Below, in pieces: positions 1 through 13,600 of a stretch of 64,000 nucleotides of DNA (positions are counted from its first letter, which is position 1; each line of letters opens with the position of its first letter). This DNA comes from Marsupella aquatica. Lineage: Eukaryota > Plantae > Marchantiophyta. The notes below the pieces were generated by a model that worked only from the letters and a program-made list of their open reading frames with translations, was not told the DNA's origin and searched no databases. Location of the stretch: NCBI GenBank assembly GCA_973895155.1, contig OZ316894.1:10633874-10697873 (forward strand), given 5' to 3'. Position numbers and translations under genes: made by a program.

Positions 1-769
1 AAATGCCTGCTGTCCCTGCCGAAGTGCTCGCGACCAAGTCGAACGGATTGTATTCGCTCTCACAAATGCTCGTCGCTCGGAGCCACTGTTCTTTATCAAT
101 CAGTACATCCTTCCTCCTTCTGCCATGCTCTGCCTGCTCTGCTCGCCCGCCAGCTTCCAGAGTCCTGTCGATCAATCAATCAATCAATCCATTGTTGCCG
201 TAGCCACTATATCATTCTGCACACGATGAATGCACGCTGTGAAGCAGTGAGGCTGCTCCAACTCGACTCACCCGAGCTCCCAATCAGTGAGTCACGCATG
301 TGTTCGACAAGCACGCGTGCGGCAGAGAATTCTCACTCATCACTCAGACACTCATCTTCTTTTCTCCTTCCTTTCCTTGCCTTTCCTCTCCACCGAGCTA
401 CAGTAAGTTGTCGTCGTCGTCTTCGTCGTAGGATTAGCTTCCGGATTCGTCGTCGTTCCCTCGCAATAGCTCCGCATGCGAAGTGCTCTGAAATCGCAAC
501 TTGGACATCAGCGCGCAGTGTTTCTCGACGACATCGTCGGCAGTGTCCACGCTTCCCTGTCTCTCCGCCCCCCCGTCCATGGGACCGGCATTTATTTTCT
601 CGTCCTCCCTTCCCTTCGCGTCGCGTCCATGCCCCCCACCGTCCCTCTCCCCCCCCCCCCCCCGCCCTCGTTTCACTCCTCGTTCCACGCACCGATTTCA
701 CTCACACCCAGTGTGTGGATTCCATTCCATTTTAGGTACTGTACCTTATTACTTCGGTACAAACAGTTA

Positions 770-1740
770 AAAGGGTATCAAATTGGCCTTTGCTGGGTAA
801 CGGTTTCAATCCGGTGAAAGGTAACCAAAACGCTAGGGGTGTATAAGGAATTGGGTGAAAGGTAACCAAAACGCTACGGGTATATGTTAAAGAATGGGGC
901 TGAAAGGTAACCAAAACGCTACGGGTATATGTTAAAGAATGGGGTAAAGGTAACCAAAACGCTAGGGGCACATGTAAAAGAATGGGGTGAAATGAAAGGT
1001 GATACATGTTGTTAAGCGAAAACAATGAGTGACTCTAAATTCTCACATCGACACAAATTTACTTTGCACTCTAGGTAACACATTACTTTGGTTCAGTGGG
1101 GGTATCGAAATTGGCTTCTGCTGGGGAATGGTTTGGTAACCAAAACGTTAATGGTTTATATAAAAGACTGGGCTGAAAGGTAACCAAAACGTTAGGGGGC
1201 ATGTGTTAGAGAATGGGGTGAAATGAAAGGCGATACATGTTGTTGAGCTCAAAAAATGAGTGACTGTGAATTCTCACATGAACAAACTTTGACTTTCCAC
1301 TTTGGGTACTTTATTATTCTTTTAGTTCCGTTGCGGGTATCAAAATTGGCTTTTGCTGGGTAACGGTTTGGTAACCAAAACGTTTTGGGTATATATTAAA
1401 GCGTCGGGTGAAATGAAAAGTGATCCATATTGTTAAGCTAAAAAAATGACTTACTATGAACTCTCACTTGTACACTTATTGACTTTCCACTTTAGGTATT
1501 TTCTTACTTTGGTTCGGTTGTGGGAATAATAATTGGCTATTTATGGGTAACGGTTTGGTGACCAAAACATTAATGGTATATGCTAAAGAATGGGGTGAAA
1601 AATACTCAAACTGCGTTATGTTAAAGACTTAAAGGTGACTAGGGGTGTATGCTACACAATGGGGTGAAATGAAAGGTGGTCCACTTTGTTAAGCTCAAAA
1701 TGAGTGACTGCAAATTCTCACATGACACAAATTGACTTGT
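770..1740. repeat. Hierarchical tandem repeat: ~44-bp subunits inside ~190-330-bp higher-order units
   Basis: GGTAACCAAAACG(C/T)TA...GAATGGGGTGAAA recurs many times. The higher-order marker AATTGGC..TTGCTGGGTAACGGTTT occurs at ~781, 1109, 1344 and 1531, with a decayed copy near 2035. Confidence 0.85.
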
Positions 1741-3459
1741 GAAACGCTGCATGGGGTAGTGTTGTGAACCCAAAGTGGTCTCATTCTTGAACTCGTCTCG
1801 TTCTCCTCCAGCAGAACGGCTGGTGACTTAGAAGGAGCATCCTGGAGCACATCTTGAAGCCTTTCTGGCAGTTTCAGCCCATACTTAAATCCTGAGTAAT
1901 TCAACTGAGAGACATCAACTCACCTTAGATCAGTGTGACAACCCACTCACCCCAATTTGGCTACATTACACACTAATCTATTGTCAAAATTGTTTCTGTG
2001 ATGCAATTTACTCATTAGTAAGTGGAGGTCTCAAAATTGGTTTTTGCTGGGCAAAGGTTTGGTAACCAACAAATTGTCAGAAGGTTTTCTGTCATGCCAC
2101 TAGTTAGTAAATGGGGGTATCAAGTTGGCTTTTGCATGGAAACTGTTGGGGACCAATTTATTGCCAAAAAGTTTTGTAATGCAGTCTAGTAGCCAGTAAA
2201 GGATGCTCTCAAGCCCAAAAACACCAAGCAAAGACTTTATGGGGCTCCCAAGAGGGAGCGTCATCCCATGTGGCCCCTTCTTTTGAAAGGGACTTCCTGG
2301 GGGCCCCTGTCCTGCCACCCTTGGACATCACCTGCCTAGACCCCATTCCCTATCCTAGATGGAGTTGTCGCTGGATGTCCCTGACTCCAGCATAGTCATT
2401 GTGCTCCACAGTTGCTCCCATATGCCCTCTCTCACTTTGCATTGGAGCCCTGAGTAGTCTGAAGGGTACCCATTCCGGAGTGTCACTTTTACTCCTCCCA
2501 TCGCTTATGATGTGTTTGGGAGTCCTCTTCCAAATGAATATTTTACGGAAAATCAACAAGAAATTCCACTAATTACTGATAATTCGGGAAAAGTATTAAT
2601 TAGAAAATTTAATAGAAAATTAGTGTGGGTTGAAGCAACATTGAATGATTTATATATATATGGAAACGTCACTATCTAGTGACTTCTCCAATATCTATTG
2701 ATTCGGAAGAAGAGGATGAATAGTTCCGAATCTGTCACTATGCCTTATAAAAACAAGTTTTTGCAAAGCCTCCATAAATCAGAACCGCAACATGGAGGTG
2801 TCGGAGTGGCCCTCCGCAGGCGCCCTTCATAATACTTGAGAGCACCCTTCATATTACTGGGGCTACCAAGCAATGTGAGGGAGGCCTTCATGTTGTGGGT
2901 TTGTTTTAAATAGGGTAGAGCAACTAATTATGATGGGAAGAGTAACACTGACCTTCTGCAACAAACACCTTTTAGAACACTTGGGCCACCCTTCATACCA
3001 CTTGGGCTTGCAGCATGACATGAGGGAGGGCACTTGGGGCCAAACCAGTAGCAGCCTGGTTGTTTGTGGAGCACCATGACCATTGAGGAGTCAGGAACAT
3101 ATAGTGACAATGTCTGGGAGAGAATGAAGGCTCTGGCAAGTGACATACAAGGATGACAGGGACAAGGGGCCCAAGGAAATCACTTTCAAAATAGGGGCCA
3201 TGTGAGGGGTTTGTATCCCTCTCGGGGTCCGTCATGTCTTTTGTTGCAAAAAACACAGGATAGTAGGTTTGGAAAAATTGCAAGCCTCGTAGTGATTCAT
3301 TCTAAGGGCCTGGTTGCCATGGTCTGTTGGCTGAAAAATCTTTTGCAGCCATGCATCCCTACCATGTAGGTTAAGAGCATTTTGTCTCTCCTACTGTAGT
3401 TACCACACTGACCCGGCCTTGTGATAGTTCTCCTTCTACTAACTTGACATGCCATAACT

Positions 3460-4445
3460 TATTTCAGATTGTGTCTCCCTTTGTGGGATGTCCCAAAAGT
3501 TCACCGCGAAAAGACCAACAAAGAAAAGTAAAAAAGATCACAGACTTGGGTTGCGTGTTGTGACTACAATCTTTTGTTCTGCGCTTCTTGCACTTGACCT
3601 CTAGCTTCGCTAGGCTTTGAGTTGTTGTGCTAATTAAGCCGTTTCCATCATTCTCTGCTGTCAACCTGCTTGCTTAGGTATGTTCCTATTTCTTGAAGGT
3701 TTGTTTTTATTAATACAAACACAGTAGAGTAGTTCTTGGTATTGGGTTGTCACACTTAGGTAAAGTGAACATAGACTTGAATAAAGGTCCCTTTCATTTA
3801 CTCTCTTCTGTGCCCGTGAGTCTTGTTGATTGGGGCCTCCATTTTGTGGTGTAGTATTTGGTGCCTCTGCCTGATCCGCAAGAGGTTGAGTGACTGATTC
3901 ATTCACATTCCATGTATATGTGGATTCCCCAATATTTTCCATTGGTTCATTGTCATTGAAATCTAGTACTATTCATAATCCTATCCAATATCCACTGTTG
4001 GCAGCTCAATGTGAATTCAAAATTCAGTCTCACTGTCATGCTCATCCTAGTAGGGTCTTCAACCTGGTTTGGGTCTTCATCACTATCTGCATTGTATCAG
4101 TTTGGAACCCCAATCCAACCCTGCAAAGGGTATCCATATTGGATCTTCTCCAAAGTAGAGCATCCACTCATCCTCTGAAAAATTTGGGCACATGTTTTCT
4201 AAATTCTCTACATCATGCCTGGCTGAGTTCAAGTTTGGACAATCCTCCCCCTGATTAACCAAGCTCAAGCTTGGCTTTGTTGTAACGGTCATGGTAATGT
4301 TCCATTTTTTTCATGGCATCTCCATTCAGTTCCATATAGGGCGTGTCAGAACACGACTGTAAGCCTTGTCTTGTGTCCATCATTAAAATAGCCGTAAAAT
4401 AAGTTATGAGAATTTTACATCTAGGGGACAGATATTTTGACACAT
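3460..4445 (-). pseudogene. Degenerate Myb/SANT-like ORF resembling a PIF/Harbinger accessory protein
   Basis: Frameshifted pieces read LNGDAMKKMEHYHDRYNKAKLELG*SGGGL...NLENMCPNF...LYFG. This resembles the YxKAK..(S/T)GxGL...MCPxF..MD.LFG pattern recalled for Harbinger ORF1 proteins. No TIRs or transposase were found. Confidence 0.35.
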
Positions 4446-4629
4446 CCTGTAAAAACTAGTTACGGGGTATATAGAATCAATTTTATGGATGGTGACAAAG
4501 CCAGACCGTGCTTGCAGGTGTCATCACCATTACAGGCATTGTGGTCACCAATAGTTCAGTATTCAAGCAGCATATGTACTCATGCTATCACTTGCAAGTG
4601 TCGTGATCATCGATAGTTCAAATCCCCGC

Positions 4630-5190
4630 CACTCTTGCAAATTGCAGTTTGGGTTTCTTGTAGGATAGAATCCAAATAATGTATACAAATTCCATTCTGC
4701 AGATAGAGAGTCTGATTGATGTTGAGCTTGATGGGATCATTGTTTGTGAGAAGACTGCTCCACCAGAAGTCACGAGTTCAGGGTACCCAAAAAAGGCAAA
4801 ACGATGTAGAATCTTGTCTGATGGATACCAACAAATGCTTGATTACATGGAAAACAAATAGAACTTTGTTGGCCACGGAAAAGGTGATATGGAAATGAAC
4901 TTGCCACTGATGCATGTCTTCTGTCCAGTCCAGTAAAGAACTTGCCAGTTCTCTCTATGTTTTCCACATAGTCAAGCATTTGCTCGTATTGCTTTTTTTG
5001 GTTGCCCTGAATTGGTGAAATCTGGCACAGCATTTTCCCACAAACCATGATCCCATCAAGCTTGTCATAAATTGAGTCATCAATCTGATTCTATTTGGGA
5101 ATTCATATACAATGGATTCAAAGCCGCAAGAAGAAACCGAAAGATTTTTGTCTACTCTGCCGGGGAACTGACTTGCAATATGCAAGAGTG
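4630..5190. repeat. Long degenerate inverted repeat (foldback), arms ~4630-4870 and ~4940-5190
   Basis: AGCTTGATGGGATCATTGTTTGTG (~4725) pairs with CACAAACCATGATCCCATCAAGCT (~5039). CAAATGCTTGATTACATGGAAAACA (~4832) pairs with TGTTTTCCACATAGTCAAGCATTTG (~4958). Confidence 0.85.
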
Positions 5191-8100
5191 ACAGGGGACT
5201 CTCGATGCATGCAAGAGTCAAGCAGTCACACTACTTTGACTACTTGATTACTCCTACTGAACTATTGTGACAAAAATGCAAGCGACAACGACACCTACAA
5301 GTGGTGTCTTGGTTAGTCACCTTCTGTAATCCTGGACATTACTCCGTAACTAATATTTATGGGAGGTGTCGAAACTTCTCCCTCCTGCTCATAAAAGTTC
5401 CCATAACTAATTTTATGACTAATATAAAGAAAGACATAAGACAGGGGTTATGGCCGTGCTTTGACATGCCCTATTTGACCACAATTATGACAACCATAGC
5501 AAACAAGATAATGTTAAACCCTAGAGTGGGCGCGGTTGGGAAGGGGGGGAGGGCTGCCATTTTGTCATCAAGTTGTCATCCCCTACCTATCTAGACTGCC
5601 CCACAGATATATATAGAAAATAGGCATTGCACCACTGTTGTTGCTACAAGATTTTGGATGTGCCCATCCCACATTCTTGTGATGAATTCCATCCAAATTG
5701 GTGCATAGCGAACATTGCCACCTACTTCTTGTACTCAAAAGGATTTGGCTACATTTAAGTATGCCCTTTGCACCTTTTCCCTTTCTTTACCTTGACCTTC
5801 AGGTATTTTTCTGTTCAGTTTTGCTCATAGTTATCTGCCATCACCTCCTGAATAGCCTGCCTTCAGCAATACAAGATTGGGATGAAAGTTTCATGGAAAA
5901 ATTAAGCTACTAAGCGCCATAGATAGCCTAAAGTGAAGCTTCTAGACCTTGACTCTCTGGGGGCACAGCTAGTTAGGGAGTGTAATACAAAAAGAGACAA
6001 AGTAGGGGGTCTCAAGCCTCAAAATTTGATGTACCTTAAATTAACTAATAAGGCTATTGACAAAATTTTATATAGACTACCAAATTCATCATCCATAAAT
6101 TTTGGTCATAAAAATTAATCATGCCATACCATAAGTCATAGTAGAGACTAGTGAAAAATAAATAAATAAAACTTCTACATGACATTGTGAAAAAGCTTTG
6201 GCCAATATTAGTCATCTATTCAGAAGCAAAACTCAAGCACGCAGGAGAGTTATATTCGAGATCGATGCCCGATAATTAATGACAATCATATGCAGTCATG
6301 GGCTAGAATCGTAACGGGGGCAAGGGCTCTGGCTCGCAAAAGTTGGGAGGGGGATTATTAATTGGAACGGGACTCCAAGGTGTGTCCCGTTCATCATCTC
6401 CCCGTCCGGGCCAAACTCCCATTCCATGATTTTCCTAGTTGTTCGGAGCTACTCCCGGCCCTCGAATTACAGGCGAAACCGGATAACTGCCATCGCCAAC
6501 ATTCTGTGGGTCAACCTGCCGCTTTACTGTGGTTAGTAGACCGGACTGCCAAGCGTCGTTCGTCGTGCGCCACCAGAAAACATCGACTCATCAGAGTCCG
6601 GCTCCCTCTGCGCTCAGTTCCCTGATACGGTACCGTATACTGGTTGCATTTGTCTGGTTACTGTACGACTACTTTCCTGGGTTGTAGAATGAGTGCAGTT
6701 GTCGGATCCACTTCTTAGCTTACGTGGCCCCAAACAGATCGAAATGGCCCTGGAGTGTCCCTAAGTATTTTAATTGTCACCTTCATTGCCATCCATTTTT
6801 ATATGTATTCACTACTAAACAGCTAGCTTGAGGTCGCTCACAATATTGAGATATAAAACAAAAGAACTATAATTTACACAAAAAGAAATGACCGCAACTA
6901 AAATATTTGAGGGAACAGGTTACAATTCCAATGAGTTTGGGCACAGTTTACATGAAAAGATTGCCAAAATGCCAAATTGATATTGTCTGGTGCGGAATGA
7001 ACAATGACAGAAAGGTATACGGACCCGAACCTTGACGTCCAGTTTTACTTAAGTTCACCAAATCCCAAAGTCTCTCCTAATCTTGCCAAATTCTACTTCT
7101 CCAATAGTTTTTGCTATTTCTGCAAAAATTGGTGAATGTTTCCCATATGCCAGTTTTTCCCCTAGCCACAAACCCATTAGCCAGGATCTAAAGGACATCG
7201 TTTAATCTACGGAGATCTCATAGTCAGAAACAACGTAAGGAAACCAGATAAACAATATCCCTAGCGTCGTTGGATTTGGATCCCAAAACTGACGGAAAAG
7301 AAGAAACCACAGCAATTAAAATAATTGGGGGAAAAGGCTACAAATTCCGATGGGTTTGGGGACAGGTTAGTTAAATTTAGATCGTCAGAATGATACCGTC
7401 AGGTGCGGAATGAACAAGGACAAAAGGGAATACGGAGCAGAGCGTACGTTACGGCGAAAGAACCTGGAGTACGTATACGTGTTCTACGGTGTACAACAGC
7501 GTACTGCAGACGGTCCCGGTCGCATCCCTCGCTCGCTCATAATGGGGGGCCAGGCATCCCGGGCAGCCGCAACGATTTTCCCGACAGGTTGCCCGTTCCC
7601 TCACGCACAACGATGTGGCCATGATCATACCATGACGAGAGTAGTGAAGCGTACATCATACCCCCCTTGAATTGACTCCATACCATGCAGTCATGCACGA
7701 CGCACCCATCCATGCCCGCTGCCAACAACAGTGCAACAGCTCCGTCCGTTACCGTTACCGTTACCGCAAGCGCTCCCACTACTAACGGTGAGCTTATATT
7801 ATTATTGCCCCAGGCAATTACCCTTTCCGCCCCGTGTCAGCGTTTCGTTACCCAGTATTTTCATTGCAAGTTGTGGGCGATCGTTCTCAATGTTCATCAA
7901 AGAGAGGGCCGGGAGCCCGGGAGTGCCTCTAGCAAGCTTAGCTTGCCACACCCAAAAAATGGCCTTATAACCATTTCCCTCTGCTATTACACTCAAAGCT
8001 TCAAATTTGATGACCAATTTCTTGAATTTGGCCACCAATCACTTTGGCCAAATGCATGATCCATAACACTTTTGCCCGAATGATTGGTTATAAGCCATGA

Positions 8101-9299
8101 CCATAAGGCAATCTAGAGGCTAGTTAAACAAAAAATATATCATATAAATGTAAATGTAAGCAAATCTATGACAATTGGTATGTGGCAAAAGCCATCAGCC
8201 GCAACTTTCAAGCTTTGACACACTCTATTGGAAACATGGAGGCCTTGCCCCGAGTTTCCCAGACTGCCCTGGGCTTAATAAGTGGGCCTGACGAGGCCCT
8301 TAACTGACCACCAAGGCATTCTGCCTTCAAAATGACTGGGAGTGGTGGGTTTGGCTTGGCTTAGCCAAAATTGGTTCCACTGTGTCGCAAACATGGTAGC
8401 CCGCACGTGGCCGTTCTCCCACTCTGACCTGGTACCTGTCTTCAGCACCCTAAACCTGTCATCCAACCTTGGCGTCCAAGATTGTTGCTGTCACTTGCTC
8501 TTGAGGCCATACTCCAACAAGCGCTCACATCCCTTTTCTCTTGGTTACATCTTCAAATGTTGGGGTGGTTTGTCATGCACTGCTAGGAATGCTCTCATAC
8601 TGAATATAATAGTAATGCCCTGATAATAGGGCATTATACACTTGAAGGCCTAAGAGGATTTTTGTTTTACTATTTGCAGTGAAAGTAGAGCATAAGTTTC
8701 AGAATGCCCCCATCCAAATCTGGACTCAGGCCTTAGGTCTCTATGAAAAGAGAAAATAGGAAAAGTAGCAAATTTACTGAAAAGGGTCAAACCAATTACA
8801 TTGGAGTAAAGCAAAAAGAGTTTCACAGGTACAAACACCAAACTCAAAAGAAGAGGGCAAAAGCAAACCCCTAAACCCTGAAAGAGGAAAATGCAATATA
8901 TATATTTTTCTAACTATATGATCAGTATCAAAAGCTACCTAATCCTTAGGGCCTACACTCTAGAGTGAAACCTCCACAACTTTTAATTCTAGAGACATAA
9001 CTGAAATTTGGGGTGTGAGTGGAAAACGGGGATTAAAGACACGGCGAGCCTCTGAAATGATGCAAATAGGTTGAATGTACTCACTTCCAGAGAACTGACA
9101 CTCTAGTCCCTATAATAGTGTGATAAGATGATGGCACACATCTAGTGCAATAGTAGAGTAAAAGAACCTAAAATTGCAAGAAGGAAAACACCAGAGAGCA
9201 TTAAGTTCTGATTTGAGTTATATATCATCCTATCCAGTGTACTTTTAGGTTTCCTTCCCTGGCAAATGTCACCTTGTGTGAAAAGAGCAGATGCTATGA

Positions 9300-9545
9300 A
9301 TCTTCTTTATCTGATTTTCTTACATTATTTTCTGACAGTTAGATCTCCCTAGATTTAAAGATGACCCTTAGGTTCTAGGTAATGAGATCTATGGCTAGGT
9401 GGGAAATTGGCTACTGGGAGAGCAAAACCTAGCCAGTTTTTGCCACATATTGCAAAAACTTTTGGAGAGTTGGAATCTAGCCAATTTTTGCCACATATTG
9501 CAAAAACTTTTGGAGAGTTGGAAGCTAGCCAATTTTTGCCACCAC
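9300..9545 (+). repeat. Copy of a ~200-250-bp dispersed repeat (MITE/SINE-like) with an internal 47-bp tandem duplication
   Basis: Shares TTTATCT...CCCTAGATTT...GAAATTGG...TTTTGC...TTTTGG.GAG.TGGAA with 14745-14945 (+), 7080-7260 (-) and 62030-62200 (-). TAGCCA.TTTTTGCCAC occurs three times in this copy. Confidence 0.6.
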
Positions 9546-10629
9546 AACAACGCTGGTCCCATCCCATCATTATATCACAATCTTGAAGAACAAACGATCC
9601 AAACTAGGAGTTAGGGTCCTTTTATATATATATAATTGCAACGAAATGCTACTCCTAGATTGGAACCTCAAGACTGTGACTCTAATGACATACCTAGAAA
9701 TGGTGCAGAAAGAAAACAGGGGTGATGGCAAAGAGTGTGAGAAAGTGATGGCGCGGACAGAATAAAGGGACGGGAACAAAAATGAAAGGTAAGCAGTAAG
9801 GAAATTTCTTTTGCACGGTTTTTTTTTCGTCACATCTATTTTATTTGCAGGAGAGGGTAATGAGGCTATATATATCACACCATTAAAAAAAAGACGCCGG
9901 GAGACACGATCTCTAGACTTGACATGAGACCAAGTCAAAGGAGGAAACAACGGAAATTCCCTTGTGAAAGCCCCGTGCCAACGACAACCTAAACTTAATT
10001 AAAACCCTGGCTATAAACATTCTATAAACGAGAAAAAAGGGAAAACATCTCATCTCACATCGTCCGATCCCAACCCATCTCAGCTTCCAATTGTCCTGTC
10101 CCATCCTATCAGGCCCCCTTTATGTGGGCCCTTTTGAATCTCACATCACACCGCCAATAAATGAGCCCATTCTGGCATTCTTCCTCGTCCTCAATTGATT
10201 AATCATATCATAGTCACCTCGAGAGGGAGTTTATTCCGGGTCATTAGTTCTCATGACTGCCCACGGTACCGGGACGTCGTGCAACTCTCCCTTCAGCGGG
10301 AGTAATTGGGCCCATTGATTGACGGTGAATATTCCTCCAGCACCGCGCGATCTGCCACAGGGGCCGTCGATCTTCTGGACCCCGTCCCTCAGTTAATTAC
10401 TAAGCTGCAGAAGCCTTCGCTCCGATTCTCCTAAAGTCCGAACAGTTTCGTCGAGGGGCTTTTAAAATGAAGACGAGTCTTGTCATCGGTGACAAATCCA
10501 GAAATTGGTACGACAACGCGTCCTTCCGCGATTCGCTGCCTTTCCCTACGCTTGCCTCACCACTACTCCGTATTTACTGTAATAAGGGGATTCAAAGCAG
10601 CGTATTTTTTTAACGTTTTGGCTCATAAG

Positions 10630-13600
10630 TAATATATATACACTTTTTATAGAAAGGGACCAAACAGAGTACAAAAGAACAAACAAAAGAGAGTCCAAGT
10701 GGACAAAACCAAACGTAAAAGAAGTGAATAAAAGGGAACCTCTAAACACCAATAAAGAGGAACTAAAAGTAAGAAATGAGCAATAGAGAACCCCTAAAAA
10801 CCAAGAAAGAGGGACTAAAACTAACCCAAACGAACCGAGGTCCTCATCATTCCTAGTAAATGTGACAAACAGCTAATGGTCCACATCAAGGATCAAAACT
10901 AGATCGGCAAGTGGGATTGGAACATCCTCTAGGGGAGCTAGCCGTTGCGGAGGCACACTAGCACCCACTGTAAGAGATCGACGATAGATGGCCCGAGCTT
11001 GAGCACGCTGTAAGATGACTGAAATGCATTGGCGAAAGTGCGTGGTCAAAACAGATAGCGGGGGTCCGGTGGGACCCATTCGGCCATGAACATCCCGGGC
11101 AGCTTGCCGAAGAAGCCCATCAAACTGAGGATGAAGACGCCCGAATAGCTCCAGAGCAAGGGGGAGGAAGTTGTCGGATGAAGCTCGTGCAGCATATTTG
11201 GCCTCCTTCGTTGTTGCCGCACGTGACGCTGCTGCCCCTGCCGTTGTTGCCGCTGTCCCAAGGATGTCTTGGCGCAATGGGTTTGCCACCACTACATCTG
11301 CCAAAGTACGTTGACCCTCCCGGACCATGGTAAGATCCACCCGTAACCGCTATGATGGAGGACCAGGTAACTCGAGTACCACCTCCCGCCGCACGCATAC
11401 CAAAGAGCCAGAGAGAACCTGAGCAGTCGCATCTCGCACAACGTCGTGAACAATAATGGTTTCACCTCCCAAACTGCACCGAAGAAGATGGACACCTGTG
11501 GCATCACAAGGCTTTCCACAAGTGCAAGAAGGAGGTAAACCTGCAAGAAGTGGATGGGGCAGCCCCATACGAAGACGCATGGCTATGGAGAACTCCGCTG
11601 AAGACAGCCGCAAATGAGGAATGACTGGATTGGCCTGTAGCCATCCTCCTGCGCCCTTCCCTCCAGAAGAAAGAATCCAAGCTCGGTCCGTGTCAGGTGC
11701 CTCGGAGAGGATGCTGGAAAGGGTGAAAGCGTGCATACGCCCAACGAGGTTTGCCTGAAGACGAACGGGGTCCAAGGATAAAAACTCCTGAAAAGAAGAT
11801 AACGCAGCACGAACGGGATCTGGTAATGATGACCGCGCCGCGCGCAAATGAACCTGAAACGGGAGGGAACCCTCCTCGACCTCCATGAGAGATGAAAGTA
11901 AAAAAGGGCGATCCTCAGTAAGGAAACGATCGGCCAGCAATGAGAAGGCGACCGCCCATGCACCCAAAAAGGCCAAAGGTGCAAGGCTCTCAATGGAAGT
12001 AAGACCAAAACCACCCTGCGAAATAGGAAGACCGAGTTGTCGATGAAGCCACGGAGATGAGAGCAACGTACCCGGCCCTAAAAGAGAGGCCAGAGTCTCA
12101 CAAATGGAGACATCAAATGCTCGAAGGTGGAGACAAAGATCCTCGATAGGTGGATGCATCCTAGCCAGATAAGACGCACGAGGGTGGATGCACCTCAACA
12201 ACATCCCAAATGCTGCCTGAGAATCTGCTAACTTAGGGAGCATAGGAGTAGGGGCTAAGGTAGTCTGTAGAGCGTCAGCGATGAAAGATGAGCAAAAGGA
12301 GGCGGTACCGACTGGAGAGCCAAGGACCCAAAGACCATCGGCTGGACGTAAGAACCCTGGGGGAAGCGCAAGATCAGAGGGTAACCTAGCTGGACTCCAT
12401 GCACGACTCTTCACTTGCTGAACCCGTAAACTGAGGCCCATCAAATGGGTGGAAAGAGTGGCGAGGGCAGAAGTAACCGCGGCAGGAGGACCAATGATGT
12501 GGGTGTCATCTGAAAGGGAGGGGAAGATACACTGGGGGTGGGCCATGGCGGCTTCCCGTAAAGCTGTAAAATGGGCAATGGCAAAAAGAGGCCCACCCAA
12601 AGGGTCACCCTGATGTGTACCTTCTACAGAAGAAAGAGTGGTATACACTCCTGTAGAGGAGTGATGACTATAGAAGAGTGGGGCCTCGAGTCCATAAAAA
12701 CAACAGACAAAGGGGATCAGAGACTGGATGTTTGGATCTGCCGCCCTCAAAGCACGAAAAATGGCTGCCCGAGAAACCGTATTAAAAGCGTTAGAGACAT
12801 CAACCTGGAGAACAACCCAATCAGGGTGGAGGTCCAAGGTAGCTCGAATACCCGCAATAACTGTCTCACAACCGCCAGAAACACCCACTGCAAACTGATG
12901 TGGAGAGAGATGATCCGATAGTGCAGAGCGAAACTGCGAGGAAAGTGTGCGAGACACCAGACAAAGAAAAACCTCCCCAATAGCAATTGGCCGAACACCC
13001 GGTGAAGACTTAGCCATGGCCAATAAACGAGAAGCACTCAAGAGCCAAGAGACGGGAGGAGGCAAACGACCGGCTGCAATACACTAGCAAAAGGAGAAGA
13101 AAACTGGAAAACCAGACTGAGGATCCTCAGGGGGGAATAAATCACAAAAATTCTCAAAGACATAGCCGGAGGGGCCACCAGCAGCGCAACGCGGGGCATG
13201 GAGGAAGGCATAGGTGAAGTGGTCCCTACTAAACTGAAGATCCTCCTCAGGCTCAAAATCCTCTACGAACAAAGGGAGCTGATCATGGGGCTGCGGATGG
13301 AGATCCTGAAGGGCCGTGAGGTGACCTCGCCAGGGGGGGCTGGTGTGGTGGGAGAAAGGGCCTGGACAGCCCGACGATATTCACCAGCCTGGGCTAAACG
13401 ACAAGAGTGACAAAGACGTCTATGCTCAGGAGGATGAGAGTGGCGAGCTGGGTTAGACAAAGCACGGGCGGTAAAAGACCGGGCACAAAGAAAGTACTCT
13501 TCCTGAAGCTGTTCCCAATCTCCCCGCAAAAAATGATGGATACGAGAGGCAGTCTCACGGTGACCCACACGACCACCATGACTAGGGAGGGTAAGAGTCC

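Noticed and set aside
226-817. Overlapping Arg/Pro/Gly-rich ORFs on both strands
   Set aside because: Low-complexity GC-rich sequence with no domain motifs; open frames are expected by chance.
5228-6153. CACTA...TAGTG pair suggesting a small non-autonomous CACTA
   Set aside because: The match does not extend beyond 5 bp and there is no 3-bp TSD.
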